The notes below the pieces were generated by a model. It saw only the letters and a list, made by a program, of their open reading frames with translations, did not search any database and was not told the DNA's origin. A stretch of DNA of 64,000 nucleotides from a virus: positions 48,913 to 112,912 of IMG/VR virus record IMGVR_UViG_2868238732_000001; one strand, written 5' to 3'. Each line of letters begins with the position of its first letter. Position 1 is the first letter of the stretch. Below, one piece after another: positions 56,597-64,000 of this stretch. A program made the position numbers and the translations under genes.

Positions 56597-58235
56597 AAAG
56601 GAATGGAATATTCTAAATAAAAGTCCAGGTACAGATATAATCAAGTCTACGTTAGCGGCCAGAGGGATAAAAGATATGGTTCATTTCTTGCAACCGAGGG
56701 AATCAGATTTATTGCCATTAACTGACTTAGATGAGATAGAAGAAGCAGCTGAGATTATTATAAAGGCCATTAATGAAAAGAAAAGGATCCATGTGTTCCC
56801 GGATGTCGACGTGGATGGAGTAACGTCAGGTTGCATTATATATCAATATTTATCTTTCTTCACAGATAATATTACCTGGTCGATAAACAAAGGTAAGGTT
56901 CATGGGTTATCAGCACAAGACCTTGAGAGTTATATAGATAACATCGATTTAGTTATTGCAGTTGATTCTTCATCAGAAGATATAGAACAACAACAATTCC
57001 TTAAAGAGAATGGAATTAAGGTAGTTATACTGGATCATCATCCTGCAAAACATTCAAAGTACGCTACAATCGTCAATTGCCAAATGGGTGATTATAAGAA
57101 CAGACATCTTTCAGGAAGTGCGGTTGTATTTAAGTTTGTGAAGTATCTCGATGAACTATTAGGAACAAATTATAGTGATGCATTATGGGACTTAGCTACT
57201 GTAGGTCTAATTGGAGATACAATGGAAGTTGGAGAAAATAACCTTGAAAATAGATATATTTGTTCGAAAGGATTCAACTCATTAACAAATATTGCTTTGA
57301 AACAGATTATAGGAAATTACACTTTTAATGGTACGTCAGTGAGCTATAGTATTGCACCTTTAATTAATGCCGCCCAACGTATGAATCGTAATCATTTAGC
57401 ATTTGAGCTGATAATCGAAAATGATAAAAAGAAATGTAATAAGATTATTGATGAGATAAAAGAGTTAAAGATAATTCAAAATATCCAAAAGGATAAGTTA
57501 GTAGACGATTTGACGTTCACTATAAAAGCAAATGAGTTAGACAAGCAAAAAGCTATTTGTTTACTTATAGATGAAGTTAAGAATGATGATCAAGGTGATA
57601 TCGTTGGATTAACTGGAAATATTCTTAGTGCTGACTATATGATGCCTGTTATAATAGTCCATCCTATAGGAGATGGAGAGAAATTAGGAGGATCTATTAG
57701 AGGGTATGGAATTAAGAGCTTTCAAGATGTAGTGAACAGCACTAAATTAGTTGTATTCTGTAAAGGTCATCCAAATGCAGCAGGTATTGAACTCTATGCA
57801 AAGGACTGGGATAAATTAATAGTTGCCATAAATAAAAAATTAGCTAAAGTGAAATTCAAAGTTGAAGAGACCGCAGATGTAGTTTTGAAACCTGAACAAA
57901 TTACAGTAGACTTAATTAAAAAGATGGAATACATCAACACAATTTCAGGTAAAAACTTCCCTCCAATTAAAATAGTGGTTGAAGATATTGAAATCGATGA
58001 TATCGTCACTATGCAAAAGAAGCATATTAAATTCAGCCAAGGTGGAATCGAGTTTGTAAAATGGAATAGCTACGGGGAGCTAGAGAATTTTAAGTCTAAC
58101 ACAATAGGAATTTACAAAACTTGTGATGTACTTGGTACTATGGTAATGAATAACTTTAGAGGAAAAGTAAAGAAGCAAATGGTTATTCAGGACACAAGGA
58201 ACTTTCAAGACAATTTAGAGTTTATGAGAGAATAA
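56589..58235 (+). CDS. recJ: RecJ-like DHH single-stranded DNA exonuclease
   Basis: DVDVDGVTS, VILDHHP, LSGSAV, LIGDTM, PLINAAQR, KGHPNAAG. Confidence 0.92.
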   Translation: MIKKEWNILNKSPGTDIIKSTLAARGIKDMVHFLQPRESDLLPLTDLDEIEEAAEIIIKAINEKKRIHVFPDVDVDGVTSGCIIYQYLSFFTDNITWSINKGKVHGLSAQDLESYIDNIDLVIAVDSSSEDIEQQQFLKENGIKVVILDHHPAKHSKYATIVNCQMGDYKNRHLSGSAVVFKFVKYLDELLGTNYSDALWDLATVGLIGDTMEVGENNLENRYICSKGFNSLTNIALKQIIGNYTFNGTSVSYSIAPLINAAQRMNRNHLAFELIIENDKKKCNKIIDEIKELKIIQNIQKDKLVDDLTFTIKANELDKQKAICLLIDEVKNDDQGDIVGLTGNILSADYMMPVIIVHPIGDGEKLGGSIRGYGIKSFQDVVNSTKLVVFCKGHPNAAGIELYAKDWDKLIVAINKKLAKVKFKVEETADVVLKPEQITVDLIKKMEYINTISGKNFPPIKIVVEDIEIDDIVTMQKKHIKFSQGGIEFVKWNSYGELENFKSNTIGIYKTCDVLGTMVMNNFRGKVKKQMVIQDTRNFQDNLEFMRE

Positions 58236-58374
58236 CAATTAAAGGATAATATTATAAATTCACAGATCTATGAGAATAATATTTATTTTCAAAAGTCCTT
58301 GTCTAATAGTAGTTAATTATATATACTATAAATATAACAACTAAACAATAATGTTATAAAAGGAGGAATGTAAA

Positions 58375-58650
58375 ATGTCATTAACAAAGAGAAATTTAGA
58401 AATGACTTTCGAGAACGCAGTAAATACCAACGCTTTATATGTAGGTGTAAAAATCTCAACAGCAGGTAGCTTGGCTCCAGAGGTAATTATTAATCCAAAA
58501 GATAATTTCAATGATAAGTTAGAATATTACAGAGAAAAATATGATGAGGATTTAGTATTGAAAAGCTACAGTGGAATCAAGATTATTGGGCTGACTTTTG
58601 CTAATTCATATGAAGATATAGAATGTGATTTTGAAGATTCAGTGGAGTAA
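58375..58650 (+). CDS. Hypothetical phage protein
   Basis: AGGAGG RBS. Confidence 0.8.
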   Translation: MSLTKRNLEMTFENAVNTNALYVGVKISTAGSLAPEVIINPKDNFNDKLEYYREKYDEDLVLKSYSGIKIIGLTFANSYEDIECDFEDSVE

Positions 58651-58703
58651 GTTAAAAGAATGATTTTATAAGACAAAATTAAATTATATGGAGGTATTAT
58701 GTT

Positions 58704-59081
58704 ATGGAAGAATGTGGCGGTATTAATCTATTAGTAGGTAAAACAATAAATAAAATAAAGGTTAGTGAAGGTAAAGATGAAATTATTTTTTATTGCAAAG
58801 ACGATGAAGTTTTTGAAATGTGTCATAATCAAGATTGTTGTGAACATGTAGAAATAGAAGATATAGATGGAGACTTGGCTGATTTAATAGGAACTCCTAT
58901 ATTACAAGCAGAAGAATCTGAAAGTGGTGAAAATCCTAAAGAATGTAGTGATGAAAGCTTTACTTGGACTTTTTATAAATTAGCGACAATAAATGGATAT
59001 GTGACTATAAGATGGTATGGAGAGTCGAATGGTTATTACTCTGAATCGGTAGACTTTTATTTAGTAAGAAATAACAAATAA
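58704..59081 (+). CDS. Conserved hypothetical phage protein
   Basis: H.QDCCE.V...DIDGDL; [22 protein letters not shown]. Confidence 0.8.
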   Translation: MEECGGINLLVGKTINKIKVSEGKDEIIFYCKDDEVFEMCHNQDCCEHVEIEDIDGDLADLIGTPILQAEESESGENPKECSDESFTWTFYKLATINGYVTIRWYGESNGYYSESVDFYLVRNNK

Positions 59082-59103
59082 TAATAACAATATGGAGGTA
59101 TTT

Positions 59104-61383
59104 ATGCAAGTAAAAGAATGGTTAGATACACAATTAGGTCAAGATATTTGGAACAACAAATACAGATATGATAATGAAAGTTTTGAAGGATGGTTAGATA
59201 GAGTTTCTAATGGGAATCAAGAATTAAGACAACTAATTGTAGATAAGAAATTCCTCTTCGGTGGAAGAACGCTAACTAATTATAATACAAATAAACCAGG
59301 TGCTTCTACAAGTAATTGCTACTCAAGTGGATATGCTCCAGATAGCCTAGAGGGTCTGCTAGAGCTCAATAAAAATATAGGATTGACATATAAAGTACAA
59401 GGTGGTCAGGGATTATCATTATCTAAGATAAGGCCAAAAGGATCTAAATTATCAACTTCTTATGAGACTGATGGAATTGTACCATTTATGACAATCTTTA
59501 ATACTACTACAGCAAGTGTATCCCAAGGTGGTTCAAGGAAAGGTGCATTGATGATGTCATTAGATGCATGGCATAAAGAAGCTCCTACATTTATAAGAAT
59601 TAAAAGCCAAACAGGAGCTATCGAAAAAGCAAACTTATCATTAGAATTTGATGATGAATTCATGGAATATGTTAAAAAAGATTATGAAAGCGGCAAAGAA
59701 ACTATTGTCAATAGAACATTCAAATATGAGACTGGCAGTATAGATTATGTAGTCGTGCCAATTAAATTATATAAGGAGTTTTGTGGAATAGCTCATGAAT
59801 GGGCAGAACCTGGGGCTATCTATACAAAGAGATTCAGAAATTATAACCTAATGGAATTTGATAATGAGTACATGGTAATTACTGGTAACCCATGTGGAGA
59901 ACAACCGTTGCCCAAAGATGGGGCATGTAACCTTGGGTCAATTAATTTATCTGAATTTGTTCTTAACCCATATACGGTAGATGCAGGATTTGATTGGTTA
60001 AACTTTAGTAAAGCGGTAAAAGCATCTATTAAATCACTTGATGATGTTATAGATTATGGATATCAATATCATGCATTGCAGTCTCAGAAAGATATGGCTT
60101 TTAATTATAGGAATATAGGGTTAGGTGTAATGGGATTAGGTTCAATGTTCTTTAAGTTAAGATTGGTCTATGGGAGTTTAGATTCTATAACATTAATTGA
60201 TAAAATTATACAAGTTATGTTCAGAACATCAGTATTTACTTCAAATAAATTAGCAAGAGAGAAAGGAACCTTCCCTAAATATAAAGATGTAGTTTTTGAT
60301 TCTGAAATTATTAAAAATCATTTTACAAAAGAAGAGATTGAGTATTTGAGAGTTGACGGATTAAGAAATTGCAGCCTACTAAGTGTAGCCCCATCAGGAA
60401 GTATAGCAACAATGTTGAATGTAACTACGGGAGTAGAACCAGCATTTAGAATTTCTTATAAAAGAAAAACTGAATCTCTCCATAAGAATACAGATGTATA
60501 TTACGATGTCTGTATCAAAGAAGCAGATGAATATAAAAAGCTATTTAATACCGATGATTTGCCTTCTTATTTCGTATCATCAGAGAGTGTAAATTATGTA
60601 GATAGAATAGAAATACAATCAGTAATTCAAAATCATATAGACACAGCGATATCCTCAACAGTAAATGTTCCTAATGAATTTACAGTAGACGATGTAGAAA
60701 AATTATATATATTAGCATGGGAGAAAGGACTAAAGGGAGTTACTATTTATAGAGATGGCTGTTTAAGAGGTGGAATCCTTACTACTGGCGATACTACAGA
60801 AACTACTATTGAATTGCCAAGAGGAGCTTGGAAGCCGAAAGCAGCAGATACATTCTATTATGAAAGAAAACTGACTATCGGTTGTGGAAAGCTAAAATTA
60901 TTTATAGGTTGGTCTGATACAGAGAAAGAGATACAAGATTTATATGTTATAAGAAGTGGACAAGGTGGTTGTGAAAAGAATATACAGACTTCTGTGATAG
61001 CTATGTCTGGCATGTTAAGACTTGGTGGGAAGTTATGTAATATTGATAAGGCCTTTGAGGGACTAGGCGGATGTAATAGTTTCGTAGCTCAGAGAGCAAA
61101 AGGAGAAAAACTTAGTAGAGGAGCCAGTTGCGGGACAGCTATATTAAATGAAATAAAATTATTCCAATCTGAAATAGAAAAGGTTGAAGTTGAAGTTTCT
61201 CTTCCAAAAACTACAATAGAGAGTATATCTTCAAAATCAGCAGAAGAAATATTATATTTGCAAAAGAATGGAGAAATTGCTTATGCCAAACATTTTAATA
61301 AATGTCCAGTATGTGATTCAGAATTAGAAAATAGTGGTGGATGTGTGATTTGTAAAGATTGCGGTTTTTCAAAATGCGACTAA
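59104..61383 (+). CDS. nrdJ: Class II (B12-dependent) ribonucleotide reductase
   Basis: FGGR, SNCY, GGQG, TGNPCGEQPL, CNLGSINL, VAPSGSI, GLKGVTIYRDG, and a C-terminal CPVC...CKDCGFSKC. No NrdB/F partner nearby. Confidence 0.92.
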   Translation: MQVKEWLDTQLGQDIWNNKYRYDNESFEGWLDRVSNGNQELRQLIVDKKFLFGGRTLTNYNTNKPGASTSNCYSSGYAPDSLEGLLELNKNIGLTYKVQGGQGLSLSKIRPKGSKLSTSYETDGIVPFMTIFNTTTASVSQGGSRKGALMMSLDAWHKEAPTFIRIKSQTGAIEKANLSLEFDDEFMEYVKKDYESGKETIVNRTFKYETGSIDYVVVPIKLYKEFCGIAHEWAEPGAIYTKRFRNYNLMEFDNEYMVITGNPCGEQPLPKDGACNLGSINLSEFVLNPYTVDAGFDWLNFSKAVKASIKSLDDVIDYGYQYHALQSQKDMAFNYRNIGLGVMGLGSMFFKLRLVYGSLDSITLIDKIIQVMFRTSVFTSNKLAREKGTFPKYKDVVFDSEIIKNHFTKEEIEYLRVDGLRNCSLLSVAPSGSIATMLNVTTGVEPAFRISYKRKTESLHKNTDVYYDVCIKEADEYKKLFNTDDLPSYFVSSESVNYVDRIEIQSVIQNHIDTAISSTVNVPNEFTVDDVEKLYILAWEKGLKGVTIYRDGCLRGGILTTGDTTETTIELPRGAWKPKAADTFYYERKLTIGCGKLKLFIGWSDTEKEIQDLYVIRSGQGGCEKNIQTSVIAMSGMLRLGGKLCNIDKAFEGLGGCNSFVAQRAKGEKLSRGASCGTAILNEIKLFQSEIEKVEVEVSLPKTTIESISSKSAEEILYLQKNGEIAYAKHFNKCPVCDSELENSGGCVICKDCGFSKCD

Positions 61384-61458
61384 CAATAGAACAATAACAT
61401 TACAGGGTGGCAACCAATAGCCGATAATGTGATGGACTCACATAAGGAGATAAGGATT

Positions 61459-62142
61459 ATGGATATTAAAATAGTGTCAGATGCAGAAATGAGAGAAATG
61501 GAAAAGGATATGTTCTGTGGAGTATTTAAAAAGTCTTCAGTGAATGAAATTCCAATAAATAAACTTTATATGGCCAAAACAAAACCAAATGCAATTATAC
61601 CTACTAAAAGGGAAGAGGATGCAGGGAGAGATATTTATACTTGTGAAACTGAAACAATAGTAATTGAGCCATGTTCAACTAGGTTAGTGGATACAGGAAT
61701 AGCAATAGCTTGCAATAAAGCTTGGTTCCCTAAATTCTTTGACAAGGGTGGAATGGGAAGTAAAGGAATTATCGTAGGTGCGGGCGTGGGTGACAGTGGA
61801 TATCGTGATGGTTATTTTATTCCTCTGATTAATACTAATAAAGATAAGTGGTTAGTTATAACTTCACAATCGAAAGAAGCTGTCGCAGAGAGTTCTGTAT
61901 TTGATATGTTAGAGAGTAAATTCAATATAAATATGATCTTAGCTGGTGGAGTAGTAATAGCCGGGGAAGGTAGTAGGTACATTAATAAAAAGAATTGTAT
62001 CATTAAATATTTAAATAAAGCAATAACTCAATTTGTAATGCTCCCAGTTCCGCCTTTGGAAGATGAAGAAATAAGCTGGGATAAATTGAAAGCAATAACA
62101 TCCGAAAGAGGTATCGGGAAATTAGGATCAAGTAATAAATAG
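61459..62142 (+). CDS. dut: Trimeric dUTPase
   Basis: AGRDI (I), KGGMG (II), GVGDSGYRD (III), AITQFV (IV), RGIGKLGSS (V). Confidence 0.85.
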   Translation: MDIKIVSDAEMREMEKDMFCGVFKKSSVNEIPINKLYMAKTKPNAIIPTKREEDAGRDIYTCETETIVIEPCSTRLVDTGIAIACNKAWFPKFFDKGGMGSKGIIVGAGVGDSGYRDGYFIPLINTNKDKWLVITSQSKEAVAESSVFDMLESKFNINMILAGGVVIAGEGSRYINKKNCIIKYLNKAITQFVMLPVPPLEDEEISWDKLKAITSERGIGKLGSSNK

Positions 62143-62394
62143 TATCTTAAAATCAGATATTTATGAGAGGAGCTATGATTAAAGGGTGACGTAACTATTG
62201 AAATTGAAAGTGCGAACGATGGTCTTTGAAAATTGAATAATACGGTATTAAAGAATAAGAATAATTGCTATATTTTACAAAAATAGTGATTATTCATATA
62301 AAAACATGCTATAATTACCATTAGTTAAGACAACATAGTAGAATATTGCGTCTTAGATAATAAAATAATAATTAATCGTATTGGAGGAGGTACA

Positions 62395-62742
62395 ATGGAA
62401 AAAATGAGAAGTAGCTGGAGTAAAAAACAAACAGATGAAAAAGCACTGTCTGTACTTAGCAATGGTAGCTGGCGTAAAAAACAATGGAGTAAAAAACAAA
62501 CAGATGAAAAAGTACTGTCTATACTTAGCAATATTTGTTCTATAAGCATAATAATATTTGTATGTACGCAGATTTTAGGTATTTGGAAAACTGAAGCAGA
62601 TGTAATTGTTCCATTGATAGGTGTGTCAGCGTTAATTCAAGCCATTCAGAATTGGAAGAAGAATAAAGAAGTTGATAAAGTTAGTGTATGCGCTATGATA
62701 CTTGCTTTGGTGTTTTCAATTTTTGAATTTATAATAAAATAA
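62395..62742 (+). CDS. Small membrane protein with an internal tandem duplication
   Basis: GGAGG RBS; three hydrophobic segments; WSKKQTDEK.LS.LSN occurs twice. Confidence 0.75.
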   Translation: MEKMRSSWSKKQTDEKALSVLSNGSWRKKQWSKKQTDEKVLSILSNICSISIIIFVCTQILGIWKTEADVIVPLIGVSALIQAIQNWKKNKEVDKVSVCAMILALVFSIFEFIIK

Positions 62743-62770
62743 ACTCAAATTTGTAAAATGGATTGGATTA

Positions 62771-62806
62771 GTGAAAGTAACACAATTCTAATTGTGTTAC
62801 TTTCAC
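62771..62806. terminator. 17-bp perfect inverted repeat, probably a terminator
   Basis: GTGAAAGTAACACAATT-CT-AATTGTGTTACTTTCAC. Confidence 0.65.
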
Positions 62807-63075
62807 ATTGTGGCTATTACCTATTCCTTTAAAATTTCATTTTCAATGTAACTTATTGTATTGATTTGTTACATTGAATGTATTATAAATTGATAATTAT
62901 AATAGTAATCTACAGTAAGTTTCTTGCACAATATTCTAATTAAACGTCACATCTATAAAAACCGAATGATTCCTTAAAATGCCGTATTATTCAGAATTGA
63001 ATTTTACGGTGTTTTTACGTCGCACTCCAATTAATATCTGAAGTTATATGTCAAATAGCTTCAGATATTAAAAAG

Positions 63076-63321
63076 TTATTTTTCTTTACCAATATTAAAA
63101 AGATTTGTACATTGAACTGCTATAGCACTAATGAATTTATTCGCAACGTCTTCTGAATCACCAAAATTAATAGTTACAGAACCACCTCCAAGAAATGCTT
63201 GGCTAAGAGTCGCATGATTGCACCCGCCTCTATAACATGGTGGAAGTAGAGAGATTATAGCATTCCATGTACCTGCAACATTTTTATTTTTCCAGTCTTT
63301 TAGTGATAATGTGACCTTCAT
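63076..63321 (-). CDS. Hypothetical protein
   Basis: AAGGAG RBS on the minus strand and a downstream hairpin at 63033-63069. Confidence 0.7.
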   Translation of the reverse strand: MKVTLSLKDWKNKNVAGTWNAIISLLPPCYRGGCNHATLSQAFLGGGSVTINFGDSEDVANKFISAIAVQCTNLFNIGKEK

Positions 63322-63626
63322 ATTACCAACTCCTTACACTTATAGAATGGCTATATTATATCATCAATCAGTAAAAAATTACAATAAATTTAACAAAAAT
63401 AAGAAAATTTGTAGGAAGATAGCTAGAAAAATAATCTTAGATCTATTAAAAACAGGAGACAGCTAAAACTAGGACTCGATAAAAGACTTATTTTATGAGA
63501 GGAGGATTAGCTTATGACTCAATGGTGCCTTGAACATCCCTGGATGACGTTCTTTATAGTACTAGCTTTACTAGAAATAGTTGGCAATGTTTTGGTAGCA
63601 ATAATAAAATAAGAGGAGGATTAACT

Positions 63627-63860
63627 ATGAAAAAAGTAAAAATTATAGGTGGAGATTTAAACGGTGAAGTATTTAAAGAAGATATAATTTATGAGGCTCT
63701 AAAGGTAGGAGAATTAACCATTGAGCAAATAGAAGAAAGTGTAGAGAACGTTCACGATTTTAGTGACCCACAGGATTATTTTATAATAAATCCAAACTAT
63801 CCTAATGTAGCTATTTACTATTCAGAATATGAATTAGAATTTATGGAGGAGGAAATATAA
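63627..63860 (+). CDS. Hypothetical protein
   Basis: GAGGAGG RBS. Confidence 0.8.
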   Translation: MKKVKIIGGDLNGEVFKEDIIYEALKVGELTIEQIEESVENVHDFSDPQDYFIINPNYPNVAIYYSEYELEFMEEEI

Positions 63861-64000
63861 TGGAAAACAATATGAATTTAGAGGAATTTTTCGCATCAGT
63901 AGGTTTATCGGAGGAAGAACAACAAGAGGTATCTCAATATCAATTCGACTCAGAGTCTCAAATTGATGATGCTATAGAAAGCGTAAAGGTTCTTGATGTA
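63860..64000 (+). CDS. Partial ORF truncated by the window edge
   Basis: GGAGG RBS; the ATG overlaps the upstream stop. Confidence 0.65.
   Translation, partial: MENNMNLEEFFASVGLSEEEQQEVSQYQFDSESQIDDAIESVKVLDV

Noticed and set aside
59104-61383. Intron or intein in nrdJ, helicase or ligase, common in SPbeta-like phages
   Set aside because: The frames are continuous, lengths are ordinary, and no intein C1/HN motifs were seen.
1981-61400. Recurrent ACAATTAAACAATAAT motif as a possible CRISPR repeat
   Set aside because: Copies are dispersed kilobases apart at promoters and gene ends, with no regular spacers and no cas genes.
5445-62549. Many minus-strand ORF-track entries lying inside long plus-strand genes (e.g. 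13864-14496, 17488-17919, 32064-32408, 42117-42458, 62325-62549), and plus-strand ORFs inside 21607-22836
   Set aside because: Antisense shadows of well-supported genes, lacking RBS and motifs.
1-64000. tRNA/rRNA genes, IS transposases, and structural or lysis genes
   Set aside because: None were recognised by eye. Structural modules presumably lie outside this window. tRNAscan-SE would be needed to exclude tRNAs.

Overview
This is an AT-rich (Clostridium-like) 64 kb segment of a large temperate SPbeta-like phage. A complete ParM/ParR/parC partition system and an intact Xer-type recombinase suggest the prophage is kept as a plasmid. Layout from left to right: (i) a truncated minus-strand gene, possibly a replication initiator, then a ~3 kb non-coding region with an abrupt G/C skew flip and paired palindromes; (ii) an array of short early-type ORFs (3.4-11.2 kb), starting with a stand-alone sigma70 region 1.1-like protein; (iii) a likely lysis-lysogeny control module (11.2-16.3 kb); (iv) accessory genes (YyaC spore protease, alpha-CTD-like protein, MBL hydrolase, alpha/beta hydrolase, candidate type I toxin-antitoxin locus, macrodomain, peptide deformylase); (v) an SPbeta-like DNA metabolism region (ATP-dependent ligase, SSB-like protein, AAA recombinase, DnaB helicase, two C5-methyltransferases, primase, RecJ, class II RNR, dUTPase) with interspersed HNH/AP2 genes and a frameshifted RNA ligase. 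The most striking feature is in module (iii). A MazF/PemK domain is fused to a TPR (RRNPP-like) domain and followed directly by a secreted propeptide ending in DPPTH. After that come a LexA-boxed promoter, a tyrosine recombinase and a catalytically degenerate MrpR/YopR-like repressor. This looks like an arbitrium-type communication system whose receptor carries a toxin-fold effector instead of an HTH. Two dispersed DNA motif families (ACAAYTAAACAATAATRTTA and TAAAA-N6-TTTTA) recur across the window. All family assignments come from recognising motifs by eye; no searches were run.
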